A stretch of 64,000 bases of DNA from an uncultured Eubacteriales bacterium. GTDB taxonomy: Bacteria > Acidobacteriota > Aminicenantia > Aminicenantales > Aminicenantaceae. Under the pieces are notes generated by a model. That model was not told the DNA's origin and did not search any database. It was given only the letters and a program-made list of their open reading frames with translations. This document shows, in pieces, positions 43,839 through 54,031 of this stretch. The translations under genes were made by a program, and so were the position numbers. The first letter of the stretch is position 1. Every line of letters begins with the position of its first letter. The stretch lies in the NCBI GenBank assembly GCA_964406575.1, contig CAYOSH010000009.1, positions 35,014 through 99,013 on the forward strand, written 5' to 3'.

Positions 43839-44846
43839 TTAAAGCAGAAATGCGATCATGAGGATACTGCAGCCGGCAACGACAAGGGAGCCGATCAATC
43901 CAACGATAAGTGGCTTGATGCCGACTATTTTGAACGAACTGAAAACCGTGTTGAGTCCGATCCCCGCCAGCCCTAAAAGAATAAGAAACCGTCCTGCTGT
44001 GTTAAAGGCTTTGACTCCATCAGGGCTGAAGTATCCCAGAGTGTTAAGGCCGGCCATGATGAAATAGCCGAAGAGAAACCAGGGGAACGCCTTGGCAATG
44101 TTGATATGCGTTCCCTCCGTTTTTTCCTTCGACAAGATGTTCTTTGTGTACCAGACTGCAATCACAAATGCCAGAGGCACCATGAAACAATTCCGGACGA
44201 GTTTCACAGCGGTGGCTGTCTTTCCTGCGAGGTCAGAGAAGATGAATCCAGCTCCGACCACCTGAGGAGTGGAATGAATGGCAGTCCCGGCAAAAACGCC
44301 GAAGTTGATGTCCGATACTCCGACCAGCTGTGCGATCTTTGGGTAAAAAATAATGGCGATTAGCCCCCAAAGAGCGATCGTGCCAATGGCATAGCTCGTC
44401 TCTTCTTCTTTGGCTTTGATGAGAGGGGCCGTGACCGCGATCGCAGAGCCTCCGCATATTGTGGTTCCCACAGAAAGCAATACAGCAAGTGCCGTGGGGA
44501 GTTTAAAGACTTTTCCAAGAAAATAAATCACAAAAAAGCTGATGGTCATCGTCACTACAATGATGGCGAGTATGTTCAGTCCCTGGGAGGCAAAGTTTTT
44601 AAAATTCAGAGATGCTCCGATGAACACGATCCCGATGATCAAGATCTTCTCGAACGCTTTTATTCCCGGGAGGCATACCTTTGGGACCAGACCAAGATTG
44701 CGGAGCAGGATGCCGAGGACGATGGCGATGACAACAGCTTCGATGGGGTGTTTTCCGCCGACTTCCACCAATTTCGATATGGATGTGGCCACAATCCCCA
44801 CGAGGAGCATCAATATCCAGCCTGGAAAAAATTCCTTTTTTATCAT
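43839..44846 (-). CDS. YeiH/UPF0324-family integral membrane protein (putative sulfate exporter family)
   Basis: 335 aa, about 10 TM segments. The composition and length are typical of UPF0324. Confidence 0.65.
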   Translation of the reverse strand: MIKKEFFPGWILMLLVGIVATSISKLVEVGGKHPIEAVVIAIVLGILLRNLGLVPKVCLPGIKAFEKILIIGIVFIGASLNFKNFASQGLNILAIIVVTMTISFFVIYFLGKVFKLPTALAVLLSVGTTICGGSAIAVTAPLIKAKEEETSYAIGTIALWGLIAIIFYPKIAQLVGVSDINFGVFAGTAIHSTPQVVGAGFIFSDLAGKTATAVKLVRNCFMVPLAFVIAVWYTKNILSKEKTEGTHINIAKAFPWFLFGYFIMAGLNTLGYFSPDGVKAFNTAGRFLILLGLAGIGLNTVFSSFKIVGIKPLIVGLIGSLVVAGCSILMIAFLL

Positions 44847-45161
44847 CCCTTCCTCATTGTAGTTTTTCTCGTCACAGGTTTGGAATTAAGCGCCTATTGT
44901 ATCGGTCGGCTGCCCCATCTGTCAATCTTATGATAGTACCTGGAAGCATCCTTATTTCCGTGTTGTTCTCAAGTCAAATGATAATAGCAGGAGTTCGTCA
45001 CAGTCCATATTCGTCGAAGACCCTCCCACCCGCCACCATCCGACTCATAAGGACAGTGACTCACACTTTTTGTCATGGAGCTTCTTGTGATGCAAAGGTG
45101 TTCCAACAGAAGGTTCAAAATTTGCTAGAGTTCATTTATACTAGGGGAAAGCAGGTAAAGC

Positions 45162-46040
45162 ATGAAATACGGATGTTCGTCTGAAGTCGGTGAGGTTAAA
45201 AGCCTTTTGCTTAAACGTCCGCAGGAGGCTTTTGTGACTCAGGAAAATATAAACGATCAATGGATCGACCTGAATTACCTGGGTCGTCCTGATTTTACGA
45301 AAGCGGTCGAAGAGTATAAAAACTTTGTGGCCCTTCTCCAAAAAATCGTTCCTGAAATTCATTATCTGCCCCAAAACGATAAAACCGGGCTTGATTCTAT
45401 CTACGTCCATGATCCGGTGATGATCACAGAACACGGGGCGATCCTGTGCCGGATGGGGAAGGAATTGCGTAAGGAAGAACCTCTGGCCGTTGGGGAATTT
45501 CTCAAAGGTCGTGATGTTCCCATCCTTGGTGCGATCGAAGATCCTGGCAAGCTTGAAGGCGGGGACGTGATCCAATTTGACGGGCAGACCCTGGCAGTCG
45601 GACAGGGCTACCGAACCAATGCTGAAGGAATCCGGCAGCTCAGAGAGCTGACAAAGGATTTTATCAAAGAATTGGTGGTCGTTCCGTTGCCTCATTGGAA
45701 TGGTCCCGCAGATGTCCTTCACCTGATGTCCTTTATCAGCCCTGTCGCCCGGGATTGTGCTCTGGTCTACTCCCGATTGATGCCCGTCCCTTTCAGGGAA
45801 TGGCTCCTCGAGCGAGGTTTCGCCCTCGTCGAAGTGCCTGATCTGGAGTACGAAACCATGGCCTGCAATGTTCTTGCTGTGGCACCCCGAAAATGTATCA
45901 TACTGTCTGGAAATTCGGCCACAAAACAGCTCCTCGAAAAGGCCGGTATAGAAGTCTGGGAATATTCCGGTGAAGAGATCTCAAAGAAGGGCGCGGGTGG
46001 CCCCACCTGCCTTACAAGGCCGCTCTCTAGGTCCCATTAA
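45162..46040 (+). CDS. amidinotransferase-superfamily enzyme (dimethylarginine dimethylaminohydrolase / arginine deiminase-like)
   Basis: 292 aa. LEGGDVI..., HLMSFISPV and the C-terminal GGPTCLTRPL (catalytic Cys motif of the DDAH/ADI fold). Confidence 0.7.
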   Translation: MKYGCSSEVGEVKSLLLKRPQEAFVTQENINDQWIDLNYLGRPDFTKAVEEYKNFVALLQKIVPEIHYLPQNDKTGLDSIYVHDPVMITEHGAILCRMGKELRKEEPLAVGEFLKGRDVPILGAIEDPGKLEGGDVIQFDGQTLAVGQGYRTNAEGIRQLRELTKDFIKELVVVPLPHWNGPADVLHLMSFISPVARDCALVYSRLMPVPFREWLLERGFALVEVPDLEYETMACNVLAVAPRKCIILSGNSATKQLLEKAGIEVWEYSGEEISKKGAGGPTCLTRPLSRSH

Positions 46041-46126
46041 TACTCCTGTTTTTCACATTCGAAGCTCTCGATCGATTCCGTTTCTTTGTTTATTTCGGTG
46101 GGTTCGTTTGATCTGAAGATCATAGG

Positions 46127-46150
46127 CCTTTTCGGAGCAGGACGAAAAGG
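46127..46150. terminator. perfect 8-bp stem-loop between convergent genes (possible bidirectional terminator; no U-tract)
   Basis: CCTTTTCG-gagcagga-CGAAAAGG. Confidence 0.3.
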
Positions 46151-46186
46151 GAGTAAGGGAAAATTTTAATATGGAAGGACGATGGA

Positions 46187-46483
46187 TTATTGTGTCTTGC
46201 CGATGGCTTTGAGTTTCGAAATCACAGAGGAATCCTTATCGAGCCTGTGGTCCACATGGAGATCGATATGAATACGTTGCACACCCATATCGATGAGCAC
46301 CTTGTGGGTTTGTTCCACAAGGTTAAACAGAGTTCTCAGGTCTGGCGCTTCTATCGTGGTGGCCATTCCACCTGTGTAACTTTTGAGGCCTGAGCTTTCG
46401 ATGACTTTAATGACTTCCTTGACGTACCGGCTGACAGATGCCCCTTCGCTCGTTGGGAAAATCGCCAATTCTCCGATGATCAT
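46187..46483 (-). CDS. MTH1187/YkoF-family (DUF77) thiamine-binding-like protein
   Basis: 98 aa. MIIGELAIFPTSEGASVSRYVKEVIKVIESSGLKSYTGGMATTIE is the family pattern. Confidence 0.7.
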   Translation of the reverse strand: MIIGELAIFPTSEGASVSRYVKEVIKVIESSGLKSYTGGMATTIEAPDLRTLFNLVEQTHKVLIDMGVQRIHIDLHVDHRLDKDSSVISKLKAIGKTQ

Positions 46484-46564
46484 TGTTTACCTCACCTTAT
46501 AGATTTAGAAACAGATTCTATCAATCCTCAGTTTCAATATCAATGCTTCTCTGTCTGTCGAATC

Positions 46565-47590
46565 TTACAGCGACTGGCATCTCTTTTTGACCTTTAGGAC
46601 TTCTTCGTTTCCTTCCTCGATCAACAGGTGAATGGCATCTTTGAGAGGACGAATTTGGTTGATAAGGCCGACACTCTGTCCTGCCATAAGAGAGCCAAAC
46701 TCCACATCTCCCTCCTTGACCGCTCGACGGAGCGCTCCCGTCCAGTAGACTTCGACCCGGTATTGGGCCTCTGCATGTGAGATTTCCTTTCTTTTCCTCT
46801 TCCCGACAAGCTCTATCTGAAGTTCTGCGAAGGAATCATGGCCCTTATTCTTTAAGGCCCGAACAGCCACGACTTTGAGGTCTGAACCGAGCTGGGGTGT
46901 GGCTATGGCATCACGCGCTCTCGCTCGGATGAAGGCCTCCTTGAATTTGGGATGGGTCCGGCATTCTTCGGTTAAAACAAAAAAAGTGCCGAGTTGCACT
47001 CCAGCAGCGCCCATGAGAAGAAGGTGGGCCATAAACGCTCCGGTGGCGATTCCCCCAGCAACAAAAATCGGTACTCTATCGACCTTAAAAAGGACTTGCT
47101 GGAGTAAGATTCCTAGAGACACATGGCCCACGTGACCGCCGGCCTCACTTCCTTCCAGGATCAGGGCATCCACTCCCATGTCAATAAGACGGTGGGCCAG
47201 AGATTCTGTGGAAGCAAAGCTGAGCACTTTGGCTCCGCTCGCCTTTGCCAGTTCGATTTCCGGTTTTCGCGGATAACTCCCGGCAAACACAATGAAGGGG
47301 ACCCTGTTTTCAATGGCTACATTGAGATGTTGTTTGTAAAAGGGGGCAATCGTGATCAGATTCACGGCAAAGGGATTTTCTGTGAGCTCCTTTGTCTTTT
47401 TGATCTCTGAATCGAACAGATCCGGCTCCATATTTCCTGCCGCCAGACACCCAAAGGCTCCTTCATTACAGACAGCTGAGACAAATTGACTATCGGAGAT
47501 CCAGGTCATAGCCCCGGCGATTATGGGATAGGGAACGCCGAGAAAAGCTTTTCCTTTTGTCCAGAGGGATTCAAGGTTATGCATGTTCAT
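46565..47590 (-). CDS. nitronate monooxygenase / FabK-like FMN oxidoreductase (NPD family)
   Basis: YPIIAGAMTWISD...; GSEAGGHVG; VAGGIATG. Confidence 0.8.
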   Translation of the reverse strand: MNMHNLESLWTKGKAFLGVPYPIIAGAMTWISDSQFVSAVCNEGAFGCLAAGNMEPDLFDSEIKKTKELTENPFAVNLITIAPFYKQHLNVAIENRVPFIVFAGSYPRKPEIELAKASGAKVLSFASTESLAHRLIDMGVDALILEGSEAGGHVGHVSLGILLQQVLFKVDRVPIFVAGGIATGAFMAHLLLMGAAGVQLGTFFVLTEECRTHPKFKEAFIRARARDAIATPQLGSDLKVVAVRALKNKGHDSFAELQIELVGKRKRKEISHAEAQYRVEVYWTGALRRAVKEGDVEFGSLMAGQSVGLINQIRPLKDAIHLLIEEGNEEVLKVKKRCQSL

Positions 47591-47646
47591 TTTCCTTTTC
47601 CGATATTATCTCTAAAGGAAAGTCGGAATTTTTCTTTTGATGCGCG

Positions 47647-49734
47647 TCACGAGCCGGAACATCTGTTCCAACCGCAATTCGGGCATGTCGGGCACTTCTC
47701 ATCCGGGAGGCTGGCGCCGCAGATTTTACACATCACAGTGAAGAAATCCTTGGCCTTTGTTTTCGTTTTGCCGAGATGTCTTTCCATCACCTTGGCGATA
47801 GCATCAGGGATAGATTGAACCAACCCACCCTCCGTAAATATCGGTTCAGAACCCCCGATCCCTTTGAGTTGACTGATGACATCTTTGGGATCGACGCCAC
47901 TCCGCAGGGCTAAAGATATGAGCCTCCCCAGGGCTTCGGCATCGGCCATCGTGGAGTATCCGCTCTTTCCGATGCTGGTGAAGACTTCAAAAGGTTTTTG
48001 ATTAAAGTAGGAGATCGTGACATAGAGGTTTCCGAAGCCCGTTTTGATCTTATCGGTCACAGAGGGGACGGAATTGGGCCGTTCTTTGGGATGAAGTTTT
48101 TGTGTGGGCAGGTTGAGAACCTGTTCGGTCCGGCTGCCGTCCCTGTAAATGGTGATTCCCTTAGTATTCAGTTCATACGCAAGGAGATAGGTGTTTTTGA
48201 CGTCTTCTTTTGTGGCGCTGTTTGGAAAATTTATGGTCTTGGACACCGAGTTGTCCACATGTTTTTGGAATGCGGCCTGCGTTTTGATGTGCCATTCCGG
48301 TGGGATATCATGAGCGGTCCTGAAGTAAGAGGGCAAGGGCTCATCCGGATTTTTGCTCTTCCACTCCTCATAAAGGGAGTGAACATCTTTGAGCTCGCCG
48401 TCGAGGATCTTCGAAGTGAATTCGAAGGCAAATACGGGCTCGATGCTGGACGAACAACCCGCAATCCGCGAGATCGTCCCAGTAGGTGCAATGGTCAGCA
48501 CAGTAGCGTTGCGCATCCTTTGGCCCCTGTAGATCGAGTGTTCGATGTTCGGGAAACTTCCCCGCTCTTCCGCCAATCTTCGGGATTCGGCCTCCGCATT
48601 TTTTCTCAGGAATGCGGCGACCTTTTCGGCAAGTTTAATCGCTTTTGTTGAGTCGTACTTGATCTTCATCTTGATCAAGAGGTCTGCCCACCCCATGACA
48701 CCCAGGCCAATGCGCCTGTTCGCCTTGGTCGTCTGTTCGATTTCAGGTAAGGGATATCTGTTGACCTCGATCACGTTATCCAGAAATCTAACGGCAACCT
48801 GGATAACTCTTCTAAACCTCTCCCAATCGAATTGATCCTTTTTTCTCGGGGCAAAAAAGTTCGAGAGATTCAGCGAGCCCAGGTTGCAGGATTCATAAGC
48901 ATGTAAAGGCTGCTCTCCGCAGGGGTTTGTGGCCTGTATCGGTCCGAGCCCGGAAGTGGGATTGTGTTTGTTGATCTTATCTATAAATATTAAGCCGGGA
49001 TCACCCACTGCCCAGGCAGATTCCACGATCTTATCAAAGATTTTGCTGGCTTTTTTCTTCCCCACTTTTTTATTGAGGAAAGGATCGTGGATGCTGTAAG
49101 ACCTACCCTCCTTCAATGCCTCCATGAATTCATCCGTGATCGCCACAGAGATGTTAAAGTTGTTGATGCTTCGGCCGTCCTTTTTTAAGTTGATAAATTC
49201 TTCGATATCAGGGTGATCGACACGCAGGATTCCCATGTTAGCCCCCCTGCGTGTCCCTCCCTGCTTGACGGCTTCGGTCGCGGCATCGATGACTTTCAGG
49301 AAGGATATGGGACCGGAGGCGATTCCCTGTGTCTTGTGCACAATACTTCCAGCCGGACGGAGCTGACTGAAATCAAATCCTGTCCCACCTCCTTCTTTAT
49401 GGACAAGAGCAGTGTTCTTGACGGTTTCGAATATGGAGTCCATGGAATCCTCGATGGGGAGAACAAAACAGGCACTCAGACACAGGCCTCTTCCAGAGCC
49501 AGTGAGGGTGGGGCTGTTGGGCATAAAATCTCGATCCATCATGATTTTAAAAAATTTACTCTCCCACCTCTTCTGTTCGCTACCTGTCGCCTCGGCTGAG
49601 GCGATGTGCTTGGCCACTCTCGCAAAAAGGTCAGATGGCGATTTATCCAAGAACTCTCCGCCTTCACTCTTCATAAAATAGCGGGCCTTGAGGATTCGAA
49701 TTGCATTTTGAGAGAAAGTATTCCCTTCTGTCAT
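47647..49734 (-). CDS. nrdJ: adenosylcobalamin-dependent (class II) ribonucleotide reductase with a C-terminal Cys4 tail
   Basis: About 695 aa. NPCGEQPL..., ATNPCGE, the active-site region ..TIAPTGT.. and the tail CKICGASLPDEKCPTCPNCG. The ATG at 49734, 7 nt after GAGG, is preferred. Confidence 0.9.
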   Translation of the reverse strand: MTEGNTFSQNAIRILKARYFMKSEGGEFLDKSPSDLFARVAKHIASAEATGSEQKRWESKFFKIMMDRDFMPNSPTLTGSGRGLCLSACFVLPIEDSMDSIFETVKNTALVHKEGGGTGFDFSQLRPAGSIVHKTQGIASGPISFLKVIDAATEAVKQGGTRRGANMGILRVDHPDIEEFINLKKDGRSINNFNISVAITDEFMEALKEGRSYSIHDPFLNKKVGKKKASKIFDKIVESAWAVGDPGLIFIDKINKHNPTSGLGPIQATNPCGEQPLHAYESCNLGSLNLSNFFAPRKKDQFDWERFRRVIQVAVRFLDNVIEVNRYPLPEIEQTTKANRRIGLGVMGWADLLIKMKIKYDSTKAIKLAEKVAAFLRKNAEAESRRLAEERGSFPNIEHSIYRGQRMRNATVLTIAPTGTISRIAGCSSSIEPVFAFEFTSKILDGELKDVHSLYEEWKSKNPDEPLPSYFRTAHDIPPEWHIKTQAAFQKHVDNSVSKTINFPNSATKEDVKNTYLLAYELNTKGITIYRDGSRTEQVLNLPTQKLHPKERPNSVPSVTDKIKTGFGNLYVTISYFNQKPFEVFTSIGKSGYSTMADAEALGRLISLALRSGVDPKDVISQLKGIGGSEPIFTEGGLVQSIPDAIAKVMERHLGKTKTKAKDFFTVMCKICGASLPDEKCPTCPNCGWNRCSGS

Positions 49735-49781
49735 GATCATACCTCGCATCTGGGAGTCGTACAGGATATAGTAGCATCCTG

Positions 49782-49810
49782 AATATAAACTCCCACATGA
49801 GGTATGTCAA
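49782..49810 (-). promoter_or_regulatory. sigma70-like promoter for nrdJ
   Basis: On the minus strand: TTGACA (49810-49805), 17 nt, TATATT (49787-49782). It is followed by the palindrome CAGGAT-N8-ATCCTG. Confidence 0.4.
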
Positions 49811-49990
49811 GTAAAATTTATGGAATTTATAGGAATTATCAAAGGAATGAAAAAATTGAGAGATCGTGAAGGAAAGTAATGAGATTATCTACTGAGACGC
49901 TAAGCGCTGGAATTTGAGTTTCGTGCGCTAGAATCTTCTATTGTTTAGGAGGTGCCGGTCTCCCTCCTTTTGTTGGCCCATTCCTCTCTG

Positions 49991-51274
49991 TTAGCATTCC
50001 AGACGGCGGTCAGATCTTGATAGCTTATCTTTAAGAACTCGAAATCCCAGTTTTAAGAAAAGCTTGAAGCTTTTCGTCTCGGCCCAGATTTTTTTGTATG
50101 TTTGCTGGCCGGAGACGATGTTAAAGAGAGCATTCTTTAACGTCGGCTCGTTTTCTGCTGAGGCGAGGACACTGTCCAGGAAACCGTACTTGGAAGACTT
50201 GTTTGATAAAAATCTTAATGTCTTCCCATACGGAATATCGCACGTTATATCAGAACAGCTATTCAAGTAGGAATTGAAGCCCTGTTTTGACATCCCATGA
50301 CTTAAAATGACCTGAGCGGCATTTATCCCTGTAACAACAGCAGAATTGATTCCTTTCCCTTTGAACGGTCTTATCATTCCTGCAGAATCGCCAACCATCA
50401 TATAGTGGTCTCCAAAGATTCCCTTGGCGGGAAGCGTTGGAAACTTCCCCTTAAAATAGTAGAGCTGGGTTTTTATGTGCTCAAAATTTTGTGGCAACGC
50501 CTTTTGCACACACGGGATGTCCAGGAATGCATCCATCATCCCGGCGTCAACAGGATTCCCCGCAATATTTATGGCAAGATGGTTGTCTTTGGGCGTGATG
50601 GCACCGAATTCGACATGAGGTAGGGACTTTGGAAGAAAGGCATGGATATAGTTTCCGAATCTCTTCATCTCTCCTTCGCCCGGGTGAATCTTCGTCACAA
50701 TTGAGGACAGAAATTTTGGCTGACGGTAGGGGGTCAACCGTTCAAAGATTTTGGCCATCCCGTCATCCAGGCCGAACGCGCCCACAACACACTCCGCCTT
50801 GATGTTATTGCTCTCGCTGTATACCATTACGCCGTCTGCATCAAAGTCCAAATCAGTGACACGCGCTTGGAAGGTCTCTATACCCAATTCCTTCACCTTC
50901 TGGAAAAGATAGTTGTCGAATTCGACTCTCCGGCATGAATAGGATGGCTCATGCTCTCCTTCGAGCTTAAGGGAATATTTTCCCGTATGAATAAAGTATC
51001 CGTTGATCTTTTTGTTTATGATATCCCATGGAAAAGGGACACCTAAATCTTTCTCTAGTATATTTTCAATGGGAGGAGAAAGCACACCTATACACTGGTT
51101 GTAATAGCTCTTTTTCTCGAATCTTTTCCCCTCATAGACGACAATCCGAGGATCAGTCCCCAGTTCTTGAGACAGCTTTTTAAGCTTAATGGCACAGCTC
51201 GCGCCTGCGGGCCCGCCACCTATGATGACGATAGTACTCTTATCGTTTATCGCTGTAAGCATTGTTTCTGTCAT
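49991..51274 (-). CDS. FAD-dependent oxidoreductase (geranylgeranyl-reductase-like family)
   Basis: VIIGGGPAGASCA dinucleotide motif; ...MVGDSAGMIRPFKGKGIN. Confidence 0.7.
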   Translation of the reverse strand: MTETMLTAINDKSTIVIIGGGPAGASCAIKLKKLSQELGTDPRIVVYEGKRFEKKSYYNQCIGVLSPPIENILEKDLGVPFPWDIINKKINGYFIHTGKYSLKLEGEHEPSYSCRRVEFDNYLFQKVKELGIETFQARVTDLDFDADGVMVYSESNNIKAECVVGAFGLDDGMAKIFERLTPYRQPKFLSSIVTKIHPGEGEMKRFGNYIHAFLPKSLPHVEFGAITPKDNHLAINIAGNPVDAGMMDAFLDIPCVQKALPQNFEHIKTQLYYFKGKFPTLPAKGIFGDHYMMVGDSAGMIRPFKGKGINSAVVTGINAAQVILSHGMSKQGFNSYLNSCSDITCDIPYGKTLRFLSNKSSKYGFLDSVLASAENEPTLKNALFNIVSGQQTYKKIWAETKSFKLFLKLGFRVLKDKLSRSDRRLEC

Positions 51275-51374
51275 GCTTGGATTCTTTGAATGAACTGGGT
51301 CATCTTCATTTTGTTGGAATCACATTTTCATGATAAAACATCTCAGTAATAGTACACCCTATCGGTGGAATTTT

Positions 51375-52187
51375 CTACTGGATCTGGATCTTTGCTCCTT
51401 CCTCGATTTGTTTTTCATCGATGGAATAGAGGGCGTCTAGAAGGCCGATCTGAAAGCTCCCAGGAGTGGACGCTTTTCTAGCCGCTTTTTCACCGGCAAG
51501 GCCAAAGTAGGCCAGCGCTGTTGTCGTCGCTGTGAGGGGGTTACTGTCTACTGCCAAGAAAGCTCCAATTATAACCGTCGCCGTACAGCCTGTCCCTGTG
51601 ACAAACCTCATAAGCTCATGTCCATTCGAAACGCGATGGATCTCTTTCCCATCCGTAATCAAATCCACCACCCCTGTGATTGCCAGAGTTGTGTTTAGTT
51701 CTCTAGAGAGCGTGAGTGCGGAATCAGCGGCATCATCGACACTGTGAATGGAATCCACTCCCTTTGTCCGTGAGCCTTTTTGGGCGAGGGAGAGCACTTC
51801 AGAGGCATTTCCGCGAACCACACTTATGGAGAGTTCATCGATAAGTCGCTTGGCAGAATCTGTGCGTAATTTGGTGGCTCCTGAACCCACCGGGTCTAAA
51901 ACTATCGAAGTGTTCAGTTCGTTTGCGCGTTTCCCCGCTTTGAGCATTGAGTCGAGCCAGTAAGGCGTGAGAGTTCCTATGTTGAGTACCAGAGCCCCCG
52001 CAAAGGACACCATTTCTTCCACTTCCTCTTGGGCATGAGCCATTACAGGAGAGGCTCCACAAGCAAGCAGAGCATTGGCAGTATAATTCATGACGACAAA
52101 ATTCGTGATGTTGTGGATCAGCGGTTTTTTCTCCCGGAGGAGTTTTAAATTTTCTGCGGCTTTTTGTGCGAGATGGCGGTCATACAC
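51375..52187 (-). CDS. thiM: hydroxyethylthiazole kinase
   Basis: PLIHNITNFVVMNYTANALLACGASPVMA. A GTG start at 52187, behind TAAGGAGG, is chosen so that it follows the thiL stop. The longer ORF-track start overlaps thiL. Confidence 0.85.
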   Translation of the reverse strand: MYDRHLAQKAAENLKLLREKKPLIHNITNFVVMNYTANALLACGASPVMAHAQEEVEEMVSFAGALVLNIGTLTPYWLDSMLKAGKRANELNTSIVLDPVGSGATKLRTDSAKRLIDELSISVVRGNASEVLSLAQKGSRTKGVDSIHSVDDAADSALTLSRELNTTLAITGVVDLITDGKEIHRVSNGHELMRFVTGTGCTATVIIGAFLAVDSNPLTATTTALAYFGLAGEKAARKASTPGSFQIGLLDALYSIDEKQIEEGAKIQIQ

Positions 52188-52197
52188 TCTTTCCTCC

Positions 52198-53223
52198 TTA
52201 TGTTTTAAAGTGATCCCATCCCGAAGGTGTGACGGGTCGCTTGCTCCCATCAGGGAGTATGAGTCGGATTTTCTCGTCCGCATGAGTTATTCGCCCGATC
52301 TCAGCTATCGGAATATTACTGATCTTAGATATGATAGATTGGACCTTCCTTGCATTTTTGTAAGCACAGGTAATAATCAGTTCATAGTCATCGCTGTCGC
52401 TAAGGATCAGGTCGTATGGATTACGCTTCCATTGCGAAGCAACCTGACGGAGAGCTTGGCTGAGGGGTAACTTTTCTTGAATCAGTTCAGCTCCTACGTT
52501 GCTCTCTTCGCAGATGTGGCCAAGATCCGCGAGAAATCCATCACTCGTATCGATCATGGCTTTGCCATATCCGGATTGCGCAATGGCATGGCCTTCGCGG
52601 GCCCTGTGTTTGGGTGTGTTATAAGCTTGCACAAGAGGGTGGTCTTGGATATTCTTTGGGGGCTGAGATCGCTTCAAAAGCCTAAGCCCAGCAGCGGCCT
52701 GACCCGGATACCCGGTAACGAGGATCGCATCCCCCACTTCAGCAGAAGATCGGAGCATCAGCTTGCCCTCTTTCACTTCACCCACTAATGTGATATCGAT
52801 AAAATTGATCCCCTCGGTCCTGGTGATATTGCCCCCGATGATCGAGGCCTTAAATGGGTTAAGTTCCATAAAAAAACCCCGGTACATGTCTTCCACAGAC
52901 TTCACAGGAGTGTCTGCCCGCAATCCCAAGGAGATCAGAGCATACAGGGGCAAACCACCTATGGCGCCAATGTCGCTGATATTCACGGCCATACCGCGCC
53001 GTCCCAAAGCCTCTGAACTTATAAAATCAGGTAAATAATGTCTGCCCTCCGCCAAACAATCACACGTGACCAATAATTCATATCCCGCACGGGGCCGGAT
53101 GGCTGCGGTATCGTCTCCAATTCCCAAAGAAACTCCTGGATTCTCAACTCCCTCTTTCTGGATCAGTTTTTGAATGCGCTGAATCAGTCCAAATTCACCG
53201 ATCTCAGATATGGTTTTAGACAT
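52198..53223 (-). CDS. thiL: thiamine-monophosphate kinase
   Basis: MSKTISEIGEFGLIQRI...GIGDDTAAI is the ThiL/PurM-superfamily N-terminus. Confidence 0.85.
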   Translation of the reverse strand: MSKTISEIGEFGLIQRIQKLIQKEGVENPGVSLGIGDDTAAIRPRAGYELLVTCDCLAEGRHYLPDFISSEALGRRGMAVNISDIGAIGGLPLYALISLGLRADTPVKSVEDMYRGFFMELNPFKASIIGGNITRTEGINFIDITLVGEVKEGKLMLRSSAEVGDAILVTGYPGQAAAGLRLLKRSQPPKNIQDHPLVQAYNTPKHRAREGHAIAQSGYGKAMIDTSDGFLADLGHICEESNVGAELIQEKLPLSQALRQVASQWKRNPYDLILSDSDDYELIITCAYKNARKVQSIISKISNIPIAEIGRITHADEKIRLILPDGSKRPVTPSGWDHFKT

Positions 53224-53281
53224 GGTTGTTTTCTCGCGTCTCACAATGGATGGAGATACATATCCCCGTATGGTTGTATTC

Positions 53282-53911
53282 TCATTTCTTATTTTTGAGC
53301 GCTTGAAAGAGTTCTCTTGTAGCTTGCTCAGGATATTTATGACAACACACGGCTGAGATGACAGCTATCCCGTGTGCACCGGCTTGGATAACCTCGGGAG
53401 TATTGTCCTTGTTCACACCTCCAATGGCAATTATGGGAATAGGGACCTTTTCGACGACCTGTTTCATGAGTTCGATACCAGTCACAGGGCCTGCATCCGC
53501 TTTGGATGTGGTCGGGTAAACTGGGCCGAATCCAACATAATCTGCGCCTTCGTCAAGGCATTTCCGGGCTTCTTCCAGCGTGACTGCTGACCCGCCGATG
53601 ATCCGGTTCTCTCCTAATAATTCACGGGCTAAGGGGATAGGGAAATCGTTTTGGCCTAAGTGAACTCCATCAGAATTAGAGGCAATCGCCACATCTAATC
53701 GGTCATTCACGATGAATGTTACACAGGCAGCAGTGCAGAGCTGTTTCAAGTCTCTTGCCATATCTATCATTTCGCGAGTCGATCCAGCCTTTTGGCGGTA
53801 CTGGATGGTATCCGCGCCTCCTGCAATTGCCATTCTCGCCAGGTTGAGATGCGAAAAGTGAGTCTGGAGTTCTGTGTCCGTAATGACATGTAAGCGTCCG
53901 ATTTTTTTCAT
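53282..53911 (-). CDS. thiE: thiamine-phosphate synthase
   Basis: MKKIGRLHVITD...; GADYVGFGPVYPTTSK; IAIGGV. Confidence 0.85.
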   Translation of the reverse strand: MKKIGRLHVITDTELQTHFSHLNLARMAIAGGADTIQYRQKAGSTREMIDMARDLKQLCTAACVTFIVNDRLDVAIASNSDGVHLGQNDFPIPLARELLGENRIIGGSAVTLEEARKCLDEGADYVGFGPVYPTTSKADAGPVTGIELMKQVVEKVPIPIIAIGGVNKDNTPEVIQAGAHGIAVISAVCCHKYPEQATRELFQALKNKK

Positions 53912-54031
53912 GCTCGCTATCCAGGCACCAATAAGTATATCAATAAGTTGCGGCAAATCGCATCAGCAAAATAACACAAGAATATTTTGATGTCAAAATC
54001 GGAAATCAACGAAGAAAGAAGAAAACAAAAC

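Noticed and set aside
44847-45161. A 315-bp divergent intergenic region with ORF 44783..45184 (133 aa).
   Set aside because: The ORF overlaps the yeiH-like start, lacks an RBS and has no family resemblance. The region probably holds divergent promoters, and no structured element was recognised.
49750-49810. An NrdR box or a cobalamin riboswitch in the nrdJ leader (palindrome CAGGAT-N8-ATCCTG).
   Set aside because: The palindrome does not match the NrdR consensus (acaCwAtATaTwGtgt) beyond a CTATAT core. No B12-box (…GCCACUG…) was seen. It is kept only as an unassigned palindrome.
53912-54031. A TPP riboswitch was expected upstream of thiE.
   Set aside because: Neither strand contains the conserved CUGAGA or ACCUGAUCUGGAUAAUGCCAGCG-like cores. 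Only a promoter-like TTGACA-17-TATTTT is present.
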